A DNA stretch of 64,000 bases from Bacillota bacterium. GTDB lineage: Bacteria; Bacillota; Sulfobacillia; RBS10-35; Bu92. The first letter of the stretch is position 1, and the number at the start of each line of letters is the position of its first letter. The position numbers were made by a program, and so were the translations under genes. The DNA lies in the NCBI GenBank assembly GCA_014896375.1, contig JADBKN010000020.1, positions 16,263 to 80,262 on the forward strand, read 5' to 3'. The notes beneath the pieces were generated by a model. It was not told the DNA's origin, searched no databases, and saw only the letters and a list, made by a program, of their open reading frames with translations. Below, in pieces: positions 1 through 9,923 of this stretch.

Positions 1-2360
1 TCATCCCGTGAGAAGCCGAACGTGGTCTGGGTGAGGTCGTTCGTGCCGAAGGAGAAGAACTCCGCTTCTGTGGCGATCTCGTCCGCGGTGAGGGCCGCGC
101 GCGGCACCTCGATCATCGTGCCGATGCGATAGTGGAAATCCACGCCGCTCTCCCGCCGGACGTCGTCGGCGACCTTCTCCACGAGCTCCCGCATCTTCTT
201 GAGCTCATTGACGTGGCCGACAAGCGGGATCATGACCTCCGGACGGGCATCCACGCCGCGCTTCAGAAGGTTGACCGTCGCCTGGAAGATGGCGCGCGCC
301 TGCATGGCGTACACCTCCGGCATCGTGATGCCGAGGCGCACGCCCCGGTGGCCGAGCATCGGGTTGGCCTCGTGGAGCACGCGCACCTTGCGCAGGAGCT
401 CCTCCTTCTCCCGCAGCGCCTGCGGGTCGCCGCCGCGCAAACGCAGTTCCGCCACCTCCACCGCGAGCTCTTCGAGGTCCGGCAGGAACTCGTGCAGCGG
501 CGGGTCGAGCAGGCGGATCGTGACCGGGAGGCCCTCCATCGCCTCGAGGATGCCTTCGAAGTCGCCCTGTTGCATGGGCAGCAGCTTCTCCAACGCGCGC
601 GCGCGCTCGTCCTCCGTCTCGGCCATGATCATCGCTTGGACCACGGGCAGCCGGTCCTGCGCCATGAACATGTGCTCCGTGCGGCAGAGGCCGACGCCCT
701 CGGCGCCCAGCTCCCGCGCGCGGCGCGCGTCTTCCGGCGTGTCGGCGTTCGCGTGCACGCCGAGGGTGCGGAACTCGTCGGCCCAGGCCATGAGCGTCTG
801 GAATTCCTTGGAGAGCTCCGGTTCCACCGACGGCACCTCGCCCAGGTAGACCTCGCCGAGCGCGCCGTCGAAGGTGATGACGTCGCCCTCGCGCACGACG
901 TGGCCGCCGACGCGGAACACACGGTCCTTGAGGTCGATCGCCAGGGCCTCGCAGCCGACGATGCAGGGCTTGCCCATGCCGCGAGCCACGATGGCCGCGT
1001 GGCAGGTCATGCCGCCGCGGCTCGTGAGCACGCCCTGCGCGGCGACGATGCCGTGGATGTCGTCCGGGGTGGTCTGCGGGCGGACGAGGATCACCTTCTC
1101 GCCCTCGCGGCCGAGGCGCTCGGCCGTGTCGGCGTCGAACACGACCTTGCCGCTGGCCGCGCCGGGCGAGGCGGGAAGACCCTTCGCCAGGAAGGTCTTC
1201 GGCGCCGTGCGGTCGACGTTGCGGTGCAGGAGCCGGACGATGTCCTCCGGGTTCACGCGCAGCACCGCCTCTTCGCGCGTAATGAGCCCCTCCACCGCCA
1301 TGTCGTGGGCGACGCGCACGGCCGCGCGCGGCGCGCGCTTGGCGGAGCGCGTCTGCAGGAGATACAGCCGGCCCTCCTGGACGGTGAACTCGATGTCCTG
1401 CATGTCGCCGTAGTGCCGCTCAAGGAGCGCGCACGTCTCTTCTAGCTGCCGGTAGGTGTCCGGTTGGCGGTCGCGCAGCTCGCTGACCGGAAGCGGCGTG
1501 CGGATGCCGGCGACGACGTCCTCGCCCTGGGCGTTCGGCAGGTACTCGCCGTACAGCACGCGCTCCCCCGTGTTCGGGTCGCGCGTGAACACGACGCCCG
1601 TGCCGGAGGTGGGGCCGCGGTTGCCGAAGACCATGGCCTGCACGTTGACGGCCGTGCCGAGGTCGTCCGGGATCTTGTTCAGGCGGCGGTACACGATGGC
1701 GCGCTCGTTGTTCCAGGAGTTGAACACAGCGCGCACCGCCAGGAGGAGCTGCTCCTTCGGGTCCTGGGGGAAGGAGCGCCCCGTCTCCCGCTCCACGAGC
1801 TCCTTGTACCCGGCGATCACCGCCTCCAGCGCCGCGGCGTCCAGGTCCGTGTCCAGGCGCGCCCCGCGCTCCCGCTTGACGCGCTCAAGGATGTCCTCGA
1901 AGAGGTCGTGGTCGATGCCCATGACGACGTCGCCGAACATCTGGATGAAGCGCCGGTAGGAGTCGAAGGCGAAGCGCGCATCGCCCGTCGTGCGCGCGAG
2001 GCCTTCTACGGAGCGGTCGTTGAGGCCGAGGTTGAGGACCGTGTCCATCATGCCGGGCATGGACACCGCGGCACCGGAGCGTACGGAGACGAGGAGGGGG
2101 TCGTCGGCGTCGCCCAGACGGCGGCCGGCCTTCGCTTCCAACTGCGCCAGGGCGGCCCAGAGGGGCGCCTCCAGCTCCTTCATGAAGGCCTCGCCGCGCC
2201 GCGTGAACTCGATGCAGGCGGGCGCGATGATCGTGAAGCCGGGCGGCACCGGCAGGCCGATGGAGGTCATCTCGGCCAGCGCCGCACCCTTGCCGCCGAG
2301 GATGTCGCGCATGCCGGCGCGGCCTTCTTCGAACGCGTAGATCCACTTGCGGCTCTCCAC
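1..2360 (-). CDS. ppdK: pyruvate, phosphate dikinase (N-terminal ~786 codons; C-terminus runs off the left edge)
   Basis: Absent from the ORF track because it is truncated at the edge. Reverse translation from GTG at 2360 gives VESRKWIYAFEEGRAGMRDILGGKGAALAEMT, the canonical PPDK N-terminus. The plus-strand ORFs at 132..2477 are Arg/Ala-rich antisense shadows. The start overlaps the stop of the upstream PDRP gene (GTAGTG). Confidence 0.85.
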   Translation of the reverse strand, partial: MESRKWIYAFEEGRAGMRDILGGKGAALAEMTSIGLPVPPGFTIIAPACIEFTRRGEAFMKELEAPLWAALAQLEAKAGRRLGDADDPLLVSVRSGAAVSMPGMMDTVLNLGLNDRSVEGLARTTGDARFAFDSYRRFIQMFGDVVMGIDHDLFEDILERVKRERGARLDTDLDAAALEAVIAGYKELVERETGRSFPQDPKEQLLLAVRAVFNSWNNERAIVYRRLNKIPDDLGTAVNVQAMVFGNRGPTSGTGVVFTRDPNTGERVLYGEYLPNAQGEDVVAGIRTPLPVSELRDRQPDTYRQLEETCALLERHYGDMQDIEFTVQEGRLYLLQTRSAKRAPRAAVRVAHDMAVEGLITREEAVLRVNPEDIVRLLHRNVDRTAPKTFLAKGLPASPGAASGKVVFDADTAERLGREGEKVILVRPQTTPDDIHGIVAAQGVLTSRGGMTCHAAIVARGMGKPCIVGCEALAIDLKDRVFRVGGHVVREGDVITFDGALGEVYLGEVPSVEPELSKEFQTLMAWADEFRTLGVHANADTPEDARRARELGAEGVGLCRTEHMFMAQDRLPVVQAMIMAETEDERARALEKLLPMQQGDFEGILEAMEGLPVTIRLLDPPLHEFLPDLEELAVEVAELRLRGGDPQALREKEELLRKVRVLHEANPMLGHRGVRLGITMPEVYAMQARAIFQATVNLLKRGVDARPEVMIPLVGHVNELKKMRELVEKVADDVRRESGVDFHYRIGTMIEVPRAALTADEIATEAEFFSFGTNDLTQTTFGFSRD

Positions 2361-3163
2361 TACAACTCCTCCTCGCCGAACGCGATCTCGATCACTTCGC
2401 GCGCCGTCTCCTCGACGGCCTTGTGCGTCACATCGATCACCGGGCAGCCGAGCTCCTGGAACACGCGGTTGGCGTAGCGGATCTCCTCCGTGATGCGGGA
2501 GAGGTCGGCGTAGCTGGCGCCGCTCTCCAGGCCGAGCGCCTTCAGGCGCTCCTGCCGGATCTCCCGCAGCTTGTCCGGGCGTACGGTGAGCCCAATGACC
2601 CGGTTTCGCGGCAGACGGGCCAATTCCTTGGGGGGCTCCACCTCAGGTACAAGCGGCACGTTGGCCACCTTGTACCCGCGGTGCGCGAGGTACATCGACA
2701 CCGGCGTCTTCGAGCTGCGCGAGACGCCGAGCAGCACCACGTCCGCGTCCACGAGGCCCGAGGGATCGCGGCCGTCGTCGTACTTGACGGCGAACTCGAT
2801 CGCCTCCACGCGGCGGAAGTAGCCGGCGTCCAGGCGGTGGATGAGGCCGGGCTGCAGGCGCGGCTGGGTCTTCGAGACGCGCGCGAAGGCGTCGATCACC
2901 GGACCGAGCACGTCGACGGCCGGAAGGTCGAGGCGCTCGGCCTCCTCGCGGACGAAGGCGCGCAGTTCCGGGTCGACGAGCGTGTAGACGAGCGCCCCGT
3001 TCCGCCGCTTGGCCTCCGTGAGCGCGTGCAGGACGGCCGCCCGGTCGCTGGCGAAGGCCACGCGGTGGAACTCCACGCCGTCGTTCTCGAACTGGCTCGC
3101 GCCCGCGCGCGCCACGGCCTCCGCCGTCTCCCCCAGTGCGTCGGACAAAAGGTAGATGACCAC
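2360..3163 (-). CDS. pyruvate phosphate dikinase regulatory protein (PDRP/PSRP, DUF299 kinase-phosphotransferase)
   Basis: Body of ORF 2360..3313: VVIYLLSDALGETAE...LLGVSRSSKTPVSMYLAHRGYKVANVPLVPE, typical of PDRP. Start trimmed to GTG 3163, which is preceded by GGAAGGGGG. Lies directly upstream of ppdK. Confidence 0.85.
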   Translation of the reverse strand: MVIYLLSDALGETAEAVARAGASQFENDGVEFHRVAFASDRAAVLHALTEAKRRNGALVYTLVDPELRAFVREEAERLDLPAVDVLGPVIDAFARVSKTQPRLQPGLIHRLDAGYFRRVEAIEFAVKYDDGRDPSGLVDADVVLLGVSRSSKTPVSMYLAHRGYKVANVPLVPEVEPPKELARLPRNRVIGLTVRPDKLREIRQERLKALGLESGASYADLSRITEEIRYANRVFQELGCPVIDVTHKAVEETAREVIEIAFGEEEL

Positions 3164-3272
3164 GGCCGACGGCCAGCCCCCTTCCGGCGACGCGATCTTC
3201 AGCGTATGGGCCGCGGGCCCGTCCGGTGCGCCCGCCCGGCGACCGAGGGCGCCGGCGCGGCCCGCCGCCCCC

Positions 3273-5369
3273 TCAGCTTTCTGCGGAGACGGCGAGGCGG
3301 CCGAGGTCCCCAAGCCGGCCGGCGAGCCTCGTGACGGCCGCGAGGAGCCCCAGGCGGCGGGCGCGCGCCTCAGCCTCCGGCGCCATCACCAGCACGCGCT
3401 CCAGGAAGCGGTCGACGGCCGGCCGCAGCGCGGCCACGGCGTCGAAGTAGGCGGCGTCGTCGCCCGCCGCCAGCGCCGCCGCGGCGCGCTCCTCCGCCTG
3501 CCGCAGGGCCGCCGCGAGCCGCGCTTCCTCCTCGTCCGGCCAGGGGCCTGCGAGGGAGGCCGGCGGCTGCCCGCCCTTCGCCAGGTTCGCGGCGCGACGG
3601 AAGACGGTGACGATCGCCTCCAGGTCCGGCCGCGACAGCGCCCGCTGGACGCTCTCCGCCGTCCACCAGGCGCGGGCGACGTCGTCCCAGCCGCCCGCCA
3701 GCGCCGCCTCCACGACGTCGTGGCGCAGCCCCTCCTCCTGCATTTGAACACGCAGGCGTCCTTCAAGGAAGCGGAGGATGTCCTCGACGACGCCCTCCCC
3801 TGCGGACGGCAGCGCGGCGACGGCGGCCTGCAAAAGGCGCCGGACGCTCGCGCCCTGCGGCCGGCGGCGCAGGATGCGGAGGAGCCCGATGGCCTGCCGG
3901 CGCAGGCCGAAGGGATCCTGGGATCCCGTCGGCTGGCGGCCGGTGAGGAAGCCCGCCGCGAGGTTGTCGAGCTTGTCCGCGACGGCCAGCGCGATGCCGG
4001 CCTCCGTCTCCGGCACGGGACCGCCGGCGCCGCGCGGCAGGTACTGCTCCGAGAGCGCGCGCGCCACGGCCTCCGGCTCGCCCTCGAGGCGGGCGTAATG
4101 CTCGCCCATCACGCCCTCCAGCTCCGGAAACTCGTACACGACGTGCGTGAGAAGGTCCGTCTTGCTGAGCCAGGCAGCGCGCTCGGCCGCCTCCAGGGCG
4201 GAGAGGCCGAGCTCCGCCGAGACGGCGCGGACGAGGCGGACGAGGCGTTCGGTTTTGTCGTACAGCGATCCGAGCTCGGCGAGGAAGGTGACGCGCTTGA
4301 GGTCCGGAATGCGCTCCTCCAGGCGGCGCTTGCGGTCTTCCTGGTAGAAGAAGCGGGCGTCGGCCAGGCGCGCGCGCAGCACGCGCTCGTTGCCGGCGGC
4401 GACGCGCTCCAGGGCGCGCCGGTCGCCGTTGCGCACGCCCACGAAACGGTTCAGAAGCCGGCCGTCCGGACCCTCGACGGGGAAATAGCGCTGGTGGACG
4501 CGCATCGTCGTCTCCAGCACAGCCTCCGGCAACTCAAGGAAGGCTTCGTCGAAGCGGCCCACGAACGGCGTGGGGAACTCGACGAGGTTCGTGACCTCCT
4601 CCACGAGAGCCTCCGTCACCCGCGCCCGCCCGCCGGCCTGGCGCGCGACGGCCTCCGCGCCGGTGACGACGAGCTGCCGGCGCTCCGCCGGGTCGACGAC
4701 GACGAACGCGGCGTCCATCTTGCGGAAGTAGTCGTCCGGATCGGAGACCTCAAGCGGACCGGGCGCGAGGAAGCGGTGGCCGCTCGTCCGGCGGCCCGCC
4801 CGCACCCCCGCCACCTCGCAGGGGACGACGTCCTCACCGAGGAGGGCCACCACCCAGCGGATCGGCCGCGAAAAACGGAAGTCGCCGGCGCCCCAGCGCA
4901 TCGTCTTCGGGAACTCGATGGCGCCGGCGATGGCCGGCAGAACCTCCGCGAGCACATCGACGGCGGGGCGGCCCGGGTCCAGGACCTCCACCATCACGTA
5001 GCGGCCCTGGGGCGTCTCGCGCACCTGGAGCCGCTCCACGGGCACGCCGCGGCTGCGGGCGAAGCCCAGCGCGGCCGGCGTGGGCCGCCCGTCCGGGGTG
5101 AAGGCCGCCTTCTCCGAGGGCCCGCGCACCCACTGCCGCTCTTCCGCCTGGCGCTCCGGCACGCCCTGGGCGTGAAGCACGAGCCGCCGCGGCGTGCCGA
5201 GCGCGCGCACGGCGCGCGCGGGGAGACGCGCCTCGGCCAGCTTCTGCCGGCCCAAGGCGGCGAGCTGCTGCAGGGCGGAGGGCAGGTCGGCCGCGGGGAT
5301 CTCCTCGCAGCCGATCTCAAAGAGGAGGTCGCGCTCACCGACGAGGATCTCGCGCTCACCGGCCGCCAA
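3273..5369 (-). CDS. glyS: glycine--tRNA ligase beta subunit
   Basis: 698-aa ORF with N-terminus [19 protein letters not shown], characteristic of GlyS. Overlaps the glyQ stop by 14 nt, the usual glyQS arrangement. Confidence 0.95.
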   Translation of the reverse strand: MAAGEREILVGERDLLFEIGCEEIPAADLPSALQQLAALGRQKLAEARLPARAVRALGTPRRLVLHAQGVPERQAEERQWVRGPSEKAAFTPDGRPTPAALGFARSRGVPVERLQVRETPQGRYVMVEVLDPGRPAVDVLAEVLPAIAGAIEFPKTMRWGAGDFRFSRPIRWVVALLGEDVVPCEVAGVRAGRRTSGHRFLAPGPLEVSDPDDYFRKMDAAFVVVDPAERRQLVVTGAEAVARQAGGRARVTEALVEEVTNLVEFPTPFVGRFDEAFLELPEAVLETTMRVHQRYFPVEGPDGRLLNRFVGVRNGDRRALERVAAGNERVLRARLADARFFYQEDRKRRLEERIPDLKRVTFLAELGSLYDKTERLVRLVRAVSAELGLSALEAAERAAWLSKTDLLTHVVYEFPELEGVMGEHYARLEGEPEAVARALSEQYLPRGAGGPVPETEAGIALAVADKLDNLAAGFLTGRQPTGSQDPFGLRRQAIGLLRILRRRPQGASVRRLLQAAVAALPSAGEGVVEDILRFLEGRLRVQMQEEGLRHDVVEAALAGGWDDVARAWWTAESVQRALSRPDLEAIVTVFRRAANLAKGGQPPASLAGPWPDEEEARLAAALRQAEERAAAALAAGDDAAYFDAVAALRPAVDRFLERVLVMAPEAEARARRLGLLAAVTRLAGRLGDLGRLAVSAES

Positions 5370-6303
5370 AGGCGCCCACCTCCCCCGTTCCGGCGCGCGC
5401 GGCAGGCGGCGGCGCGCCCTCCGCCTCGCCCGGCGCCGCGTGCTCCGTCGCGCTCTCCGCCGCGCCGCGGCGCGCGAGCCACGCCTCGGCGCAGCGCCGC
5501 GCCAGCTCCCTCACGCGCGCGATGTACTCCGCGCGCTGCGTCACCGAGATGGCGCCGCGCGCCTCAAGAAGGTTGAAGAGGTGCGAGCAGCGCAGCGTGT
5601 GGTCATAGGCGGGCAGGATGAGGCCCGCCTCCAGGGCGCGGCCGGCCTCGCGCTCGGAGGCCTCGAACTGCGAGCGGAGGAGCGGCACATCGGCCACCTC
5701 GAAGCTGTATTTGGAGTGCTCGTACTCCTCCAGGCGGAAGACGTCGCCGTAGGTGACCCCGTCCACCCACTCCACCTGGAAGATGTCGTCCACACCCTGG
5801 ATGAAGGCGGCGAGACGCTCCAAACCGTAGGTGATCTCCGCCGCCACGGGGCGCACCTCCTGGCCGCCCATCTGCTGGAAATAGGTGAACTGCGTGATCT
5901 CCATGCCGTCGAGCCAGACTTCCCAGCCCAGGCCCCAAGCGCCCAGCGTGGGCGCCTCCCAGTTGTCCTCGACGAAGCGGATGTCGTGCTCGAGAGGGTC
6001 GATGCCGAGGGCCCGCAGGCTGTCGACGTACACGTCCAGGACGTCGTCCGGCGACGGCTTCAGCACCACCTGGTACTGCCAGTGCCGGTAGAGCCGGTTC
6101 GGGTTCTCGCCGTAGCGGCCGTCGGCCGGGCGGCGGGAGGGCTCCACGTACGCCACGCGCCAAGGCTCAGGGCCGAGGGAGCGGAAGAAGGTGAAGGGGT
6201 TCATCGTGCCCGCGCCCTTCTCCACGTCATAGGGCTGCGCCAGGACGCAGCCGCGGTCGCCCCAGAAGCGGTGCAGGCGCAGGATCATCTCCTGGAAGTT
6301 CAA
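5356..6303 (-). CDS. glyQ: glycine--tRNA ligase alpha subunit
   Basis: Conserved core [35 protein letters not shown]...YFQQMGG. The track ORF (to 6858) has a spurious extension. Start set at TTG 6303, preceded by GGGAGGTG. Confidence 0.93.
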   Translation of the reverse strand: MNFQEMILRLHRFWGDRGCVLAQPYDVEKGAGTMNPFTFFRSLGPEPWRVAYVEPSRRPADGRYGENPNRLYRHWQYQVVLKPSPDDVLDVYVDSLRALGIDPLEHDIRFVEDNWEAPTLGAWGLGWEVWLDGMEITQFTYFQQMGGQEVRPVAAEITYGLERLAAFIQGVDDIFQVEWVDGVTYGDVFRLEEYEHSKYSFEVADVPLLRSQFEASEREAGRALEAGLILPAYDHTLRCSHLFNLLEARGAISVTQRAEYIARVRELARRCAEAWLARRGAAESATEHAAPGEAEGAPPPAARAGTGEVGAFGGR

Positions 6304-6320
6304 GCGCGCACCTCCCGAAC

Positions 6321-6370
6321 AAAAAGAAACGACCCGCCCGTGTCCGCCCTCGCGCACAGGGATCCGGGCC
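6321..6370 (-). promoter_or_regulatory. terminator-like hairpin plus U-tract inside the short glyQ 5' leader
   Basis: Minus-strand RNA reads GGCCCGGAUCCCUGUG..CACGGGCGGGUC, followed by GUUUCUUUUU, about 10 nt before the glyQ SD. A candidate promoter (TTGCCC-18nt-TACAAT) lies at about 6395..6425. Confidence 0.45.
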
Positions 6371-6451
6371 CGTCCCGCAGCCCGCCGGTCTGGGCCGATT
6401 GTACACATCCGCCGAAGGCGGGGGCAAGGCGCGCGACCAAGGCGCGCTACC

Positions 6452-7540
6452 ATGGACGGGGAGGGAGCGCGGTTGGCGGAGGAGGCGCTGTGGAAGGGGC
6501 CGCTCAACGCGATCACGGACGTCGAGGGGGTGCGCGTGGGCCACGTCACCCTGGTGCGCGGCGAGGGTCGGCTCGTGCCCGGCCGCGGGCCGGTGCGCAC
6601 CGGCGTGACGGTCATCGTGCCCGGCGAGGGGGTGTATGAGCGGAAGTTCGTCGCCGGGGCGCACGTGATCAACGGTTTCGGGAAGGCCGTGGGGCTGCCG
6701 CAGCTCGTGGAGCTCGGCCGCCTGGAGACGCCGATCGGCCTCACGAACACGCTCTGCGTGTGGCGCGCGGCCGAGGCGCTGGCGGAAGCGGCCATACGTG
6801 AGAACCCGGGCATCGGCGTCCGCGGTCCGACCGTCAACCCCGTGGTGGGCGAGTGCAACGACGGCTACCTCAACGACATCCAGGGAATGCACGTGCGCAA
6901 GGAGGATGTGGCCCTGGCCCTGGAACGCGCCTCGGCGGGTCCGGTGGAGGAAGGCGCGGTGGGGGCCGGCACCGGCATGGTCTGCTACGGGTGGAAGGGG
7001 GGCATCGGCTCGGCCTCGCGGCGCTGGCGGTGCGAGGCGCTGGACCGCGAGGTGACGCTCGGCGCGCTCGTGCTGGCGAACTTCGGCCGGCCGCAGGATC
7101 TGGTGATCGACGGCTTCCCGGCCGGCCACCTCCTGGCGGAGGTGCGGGAAGAGGAGCCGCGCGCCGGCGAGGGCGGCTCGGTGATCGTCGTCTATGCGAC
7201 GGACGCCCCGCTGACCTCGCGCCAGCTCACGCGCGTGGCCCGCCGCGCGGCGGCCGGCCTTGCGCGGACCGGGTCCGTCTACCACCACGGCAGCGGCGAC
7301 TTCGCCCTCGCCTTCAGCACGGCGCGCGCCTACCCGCCCTACCTGCCGGACGAGGGCCACTACCTCAACCCGTTCTTCCTCGCGGCCGCGGAGACGGCGG
7401 CGGAGGCCGTGTGGCGCGCGCTCGCGGCCGCCCGCGCGATGACGGGCCGCGACGGCCGCACGGTGGACGCGCTGCCCGTGGAGCGCGTGCGCGAGCTGGC
7501 GGCGCGCCGCGGCCTGCGGCTGCCCTCGCTGGAAACGTGA
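6452..7540 (+). CDS. DmpA/S58-family aminopeptidase (L-aminopeptidase/D-esterase type)
   Basis: [18 protein letters not shown] near the N-terminus, and [20 protein letters not shown] matching the self-processing Gly-Ser site of the DmpA family. Confidence 0.8.
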   Translation: MDGEGARLAEEALWKGPLNAITDVEGVRVGHVTLVRGEGRLVPGRGPVRTGVTVIVPGEGVYERKFVAGAHVINGFGKAVGLPQLVELGRLETPIGLTNTLCVWRAAEALAEAAIRENPGIGVRGPTVNPVVGECNDGYLNDIQGMHVRKEDVALALERASAGPVEEGAVGAGTGMVCYGWKGGIGSASRRWRCEALDREVTLGALVLANFGRPQDLVIDGFPAGHLLAEVREEEPRAGEGGSVIVVYATDAPLTSRQLTRVARRAAAGLARTGSVYHHGSGDFALAFSTARAYPPYLPDEGHYLNPFFLAAAETAAEAVWRALAAARAMTGRDGRTVDALPVERVRELAARRGLRLPSLET

Positions 7541-7580
7541 GCCGGGGCCGATCGCCAAAACGCGTGGCGCCGCGGCCGGC

Positions 7581-8033
7581 TCACATGCGGGTGAGGGCGT
7601 CGTCGCCGGGGGTGCCGCCCGCGCCCGGCCGGTCGTCCTCGCCCGCTGGACCGCGCCGCTCCACCACGATCTCCGCGCGCGCGGCGAGCGCCGCCAGCGC
7701 CCCCAGCACGGCGAGGTAGGGGGCGAGCACAGCGCCGATGGCGCCGACCGTCACCGGGATCTCCAGCACCGTCTGGCCGTCGTGCTTGACGACGAGCTTG
7801 GTCACGTTCCCTTCCTTGAGAAGCTGCTTGATGCGCTCCAGGAGCTCCGCGCCGCGCACGTTGATGCGCTCCTGGATGCGCTCCGGCCAGGAAGCGTTGC
7901 GCTCCTCCTCCTCTTCAAGGGCGATCAGCGCCTTGACCACGTCGCCGCCGTGCGCCTCCAGCACCTCCGCGGCCTTGCGGTAGCTCACGCCCGTGCGGCG
8001 GCGGATCTCGTCGATCTTGGCCAGCTCCTCCAT
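7581..8033 (-). CDS. UBA/EF-Ts-N-like plus DUF4342-like small protein
   Basis: MEELAKIDEIRRRTGVSYRKAAEVLEAHGGDVVKALIALEE resembles a TS-N/UBA-like domain. KLVVKHDGQTVLEIPVTVGAIGAVLAPYLAVLGALAAL resembles DUF4342. Start ATG 8033 follows GGAGGGAG. Confidence 0.65.
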   Translation of the reverse strand: MEELAKIDEIRRRTGVSYRKAAEVLEAHGGDVVKALIALEEEEERNASWPERIQERINVRGAELLERIKQLLKEGNVTKLVVKHDGQTVLEIPVTVGAIGAVLAPYLAVLGALAALAARAEIVVERRGPAGEDDRPGAGGTPGDDALTRM

Positions 8034-8059
8034 GAGGCTCCCTCCGTTTCGCGCACCGG

Positions 8060-8809
8060 TCACAATATGTCCAAAAAGGCCGCCGATTTCAGCGGCCGCT
8101 GCAGGATCCAGACGGCGAAGCCGCCCAGCGCGGCGCGCAGCTCGGCCTCCGCGCCCGCCGACCAGCGCAGGCGCGCCGCGGCGCGGAGCGGGTCGCCCTC
8201 CAGCAGCCGGCGGAGCACAGCCAGCGCCTCGGCGCCGAGGTGCAGGCGCGCGCCACCGGCGCAGGCGCGGCAGAGCGCTCCCCCCTGCTCCGGGGAGAAG
8301 CCCGCGCCGCCCTCGACCGGCCCGCCGCAGGCCGCGCAGCGCTCCACGCTCGGCCGGTAGCCGCAGGCGGCGAGCACGCCCGCCTCGCAGGCGCGCAGGA
8401 TGCGGTCGCGCGCGGCGCGCTCCATAGGCGTCGCGCCGCCGGCCAGCCCCTGGAGCCCCCGGGCGAGGAGGTCGAAGAGCGCCGGGTTCGCCTCGCCCTC
8501 CTGAGTAAAGGCGTCGACGAGCTCCGTGAGGAAGGCGGCGCCGCCCAGCCGGACGGGGTCCTCGCGCAGCGCGCGGTGCGCCTCCACCACCTCCGCCTGG
8601 CTGATGCCGTCGAGCGAGCGGCCCTTCCAGAGAAGGAAACGGGCGCGCACAAAGGGCTGCACGGCGCCGCCCAGCCGGCTCTGCGTGCGGCGCGTGCCCT
8701 TGGCGACGGCGCGCAGCTTCTCCCCTTCCTGCGTGAGGAGCGTGACGAGGCGGTCCGCCTCCGCAAACGGCTGCGTGCGCAGGATGATGGCCTCCGCGCG
8801 GTAGAGCAC
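8060..8809 (-). CDS. recO: DNA repair protein RecO
   Basis: VLYRAEAIILRTQPFAEADRLVTLLTQEGEKLRAVAKG (OB fold) and the Cys cluster CAACGGPVE..GGALCRAC. Start GTG 8809 follows GGGGAGG; the track extension to 9097 is rejected. Confidence 0.88.
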   Translation of the reverse strand: MLYRAEAIILRTQPFAEADRLVTLLTQEGEKLRAVAKGTRRTQSRLGGAVQPFVRARFLLWKGRSLDGISQAEVVEAHRALREDPVRLGGAAFLTELVDAFTQEGEANPALFDLLARGLQGLAGGATPMERAARDRILRACEAGVLAACGYRPSVERCAACGGPVEGGAGFSPEQGGALCRACAGGARLHLGAEALAVLRRLLEGDPLRAAARLRWSAGAEAELRAALGGFAVWILQRPLKSAAFLDIL

Positions 8810-8844
8810 GGCCGCGCCTCCCCGTGACCCGTGGCCCCTTCGGC

Positions 8845-9888
8845 CTACATCCACCGTACGGCGGGACTGTCCTCGAAGTCCAGGTCCGGATCGGCGTCCA
8901 GTTCGTAGCCGTCGCGGCGGCCGGCGCGCCACGCGAACCAGCCGGCGGCCGCGATCATGGCGGCGTTGTCCGTGCAGTAACGGAGGGGTGGGACCACGAG
9001 CCGCCAACCGCGCTCGCCGCAGGCGGCCGCGAGGCGCTGCCGCAAGGCGCCGTTGGCCGCCACGCCGCCGGCCGCGACGACGCAACGTGCGCCACACGCC
9101 TCCGCGGCGCGCACCGTCTTCGTCACGAGCACGTCGACGACCGCGTCCTGGAAGGCGCGCGCCACCGCCTCCGGCGCCACGCGCGGCCCCCGTTCCTCAA
9201 GAAGCACGGCCACGGCCGTCTTCAGGCCGCTGAAGCTGAAGTCGAAGCCCTCGTCCCGCATGGGCCGCGGCAGCTCCAAGCCCCCGGCGGCACCCGCCCT
9301 CGCGGCCGCCGCCTCGATGGCCGGCCCGCCCGGATATGGCAGGCCGAGGAGGCGCGCCACCTTGTCGAAGGCTTCGCCGGCGGCGTCGTCGCGCGTGCCG
9401 CCGAGCCGGCGAAGCTCTCCGGGCGCCCCGCCCTCGCCCTTCCCGATCCAGAGGAGATCGGTGTGCGAGCCGGAGACGACGAGCGCCACGGCCGGCCACT
9501 CCGGCGGCTCCCCCTCAAGATACGCGGCCATGATGTGTCCGGCCAGGTGGTTGACGCCCACGAGCGGCAGGCCGCGCGCGAAGGCGGCCGCCTTGGCCGC
9601 CGCCACGCCCACGAGCAGCGCCCCCACCAGGCCCGGGCCGCGCGTCACGGCGACGGCGTCGACGTCCTCCCAGCCGGCCCCGGCCTGCGCGAACGCCTCC
9701 CGCAACACGGGGCCGATCGCCTCCACGTGGCGCCGCGCCGCGATCTCCGGCACGACGCCGCCGTACCGCCGATGGACCTCCGCCTGGGAGGCGACGACGC
9801 TGGAGAGCACGCGCCGCCCCTCGGCCACGAGCGCCGCGGCTGTTTCATCACAGCTCGTCTCCAGGCCCAGGACGATGCCCCCGCCCAT
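8845..9888 (-). CDS. tsaD: tRNA N6-adenosine threonylcarbamoyltransferase TsaD
   Basis: GIVLGLETSCDETAAALV...VNHLAGHI...GGVAAN, the Kae1/TsaD signature. Start trimmed to MGGGIVLG. Confidence 0.93.
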   Translation of the reverse strand: MGGGIVLGLETSCDETAAALVAEGRRVLSSVVASQAEVHRRYGGVVPEIAARRHVEAIGPVLREAFAQAGAGWEDVDAVAVTRGPGLVGALLVGVAAAKAAAFARGLPLVGVNHLAGHIMAAYLEGEPPEWPAVALVVSGSHTDLLWIGKGEGGAPGELRRLGGTRDDAAGEAFDKVARLLGLPYPGGPAIEAAAARAGAAGGLELPRPMRDEGFDFSFSGLKTAVAVLLEERGPRVAPEAVARAFQDAVVDVLVTKTVRAAEACGARCVVAAGGVAANGALRQRLAAACGERGWRLVVPPLRYCTDNAAMIAAAGWFAWRAGRRDGYELDADPDLDFEDSPAVRWM

Positions 9889-9923
9889 CTTCGCCCCCCA
9901 CGAAGAGTGTACCGAAGCGGGCC

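Noticed and set aside
132-2477. Long plus-strand ORFs (132..1445, 1464..2477) over the left end of the window
   Set aside because: They lie antisense to the clearly recognisable ppdK gene. Their translations are Arg/Ala/Leu/His-rich with no motifs, as expected for shadow ORFs in a very GC-rich genome.
3156-5576. 806-aa plus-strand ORF
   Set aside because: Antisense to glyS/glyQ. It has low-complexity Arg/Ala/Gly/Pro composition and no SD or family motif.
6304-6455. T-box riboswitch upstream of glyQS
   Set aside because: The best T-box-like string (CAUGGUAGCGCG versus GGUGGUACCGCG) lies about 120 nt upstream of the U-tract, overlaps the divergent DmpA start codon, and is not positioned to form an antiterminator. 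I could not find a specifier-loop or Stem I features, and the region is too short. A covariance-model search is needed to be sure.
5356-6858. N-terminal extensions in track ORFs (glyQ to 6858, recO to 9097, rimI to 13904, tsaB to 14139, alr to 30398, glmM to 58767, nucleotidase to 37889, and others)
   Set aside because: In each case the conserved family N-terminus, a good SD and often a stop/start overlap with the upstream gene identify a much later start. The extensions are low-complexity and overlap other genes.
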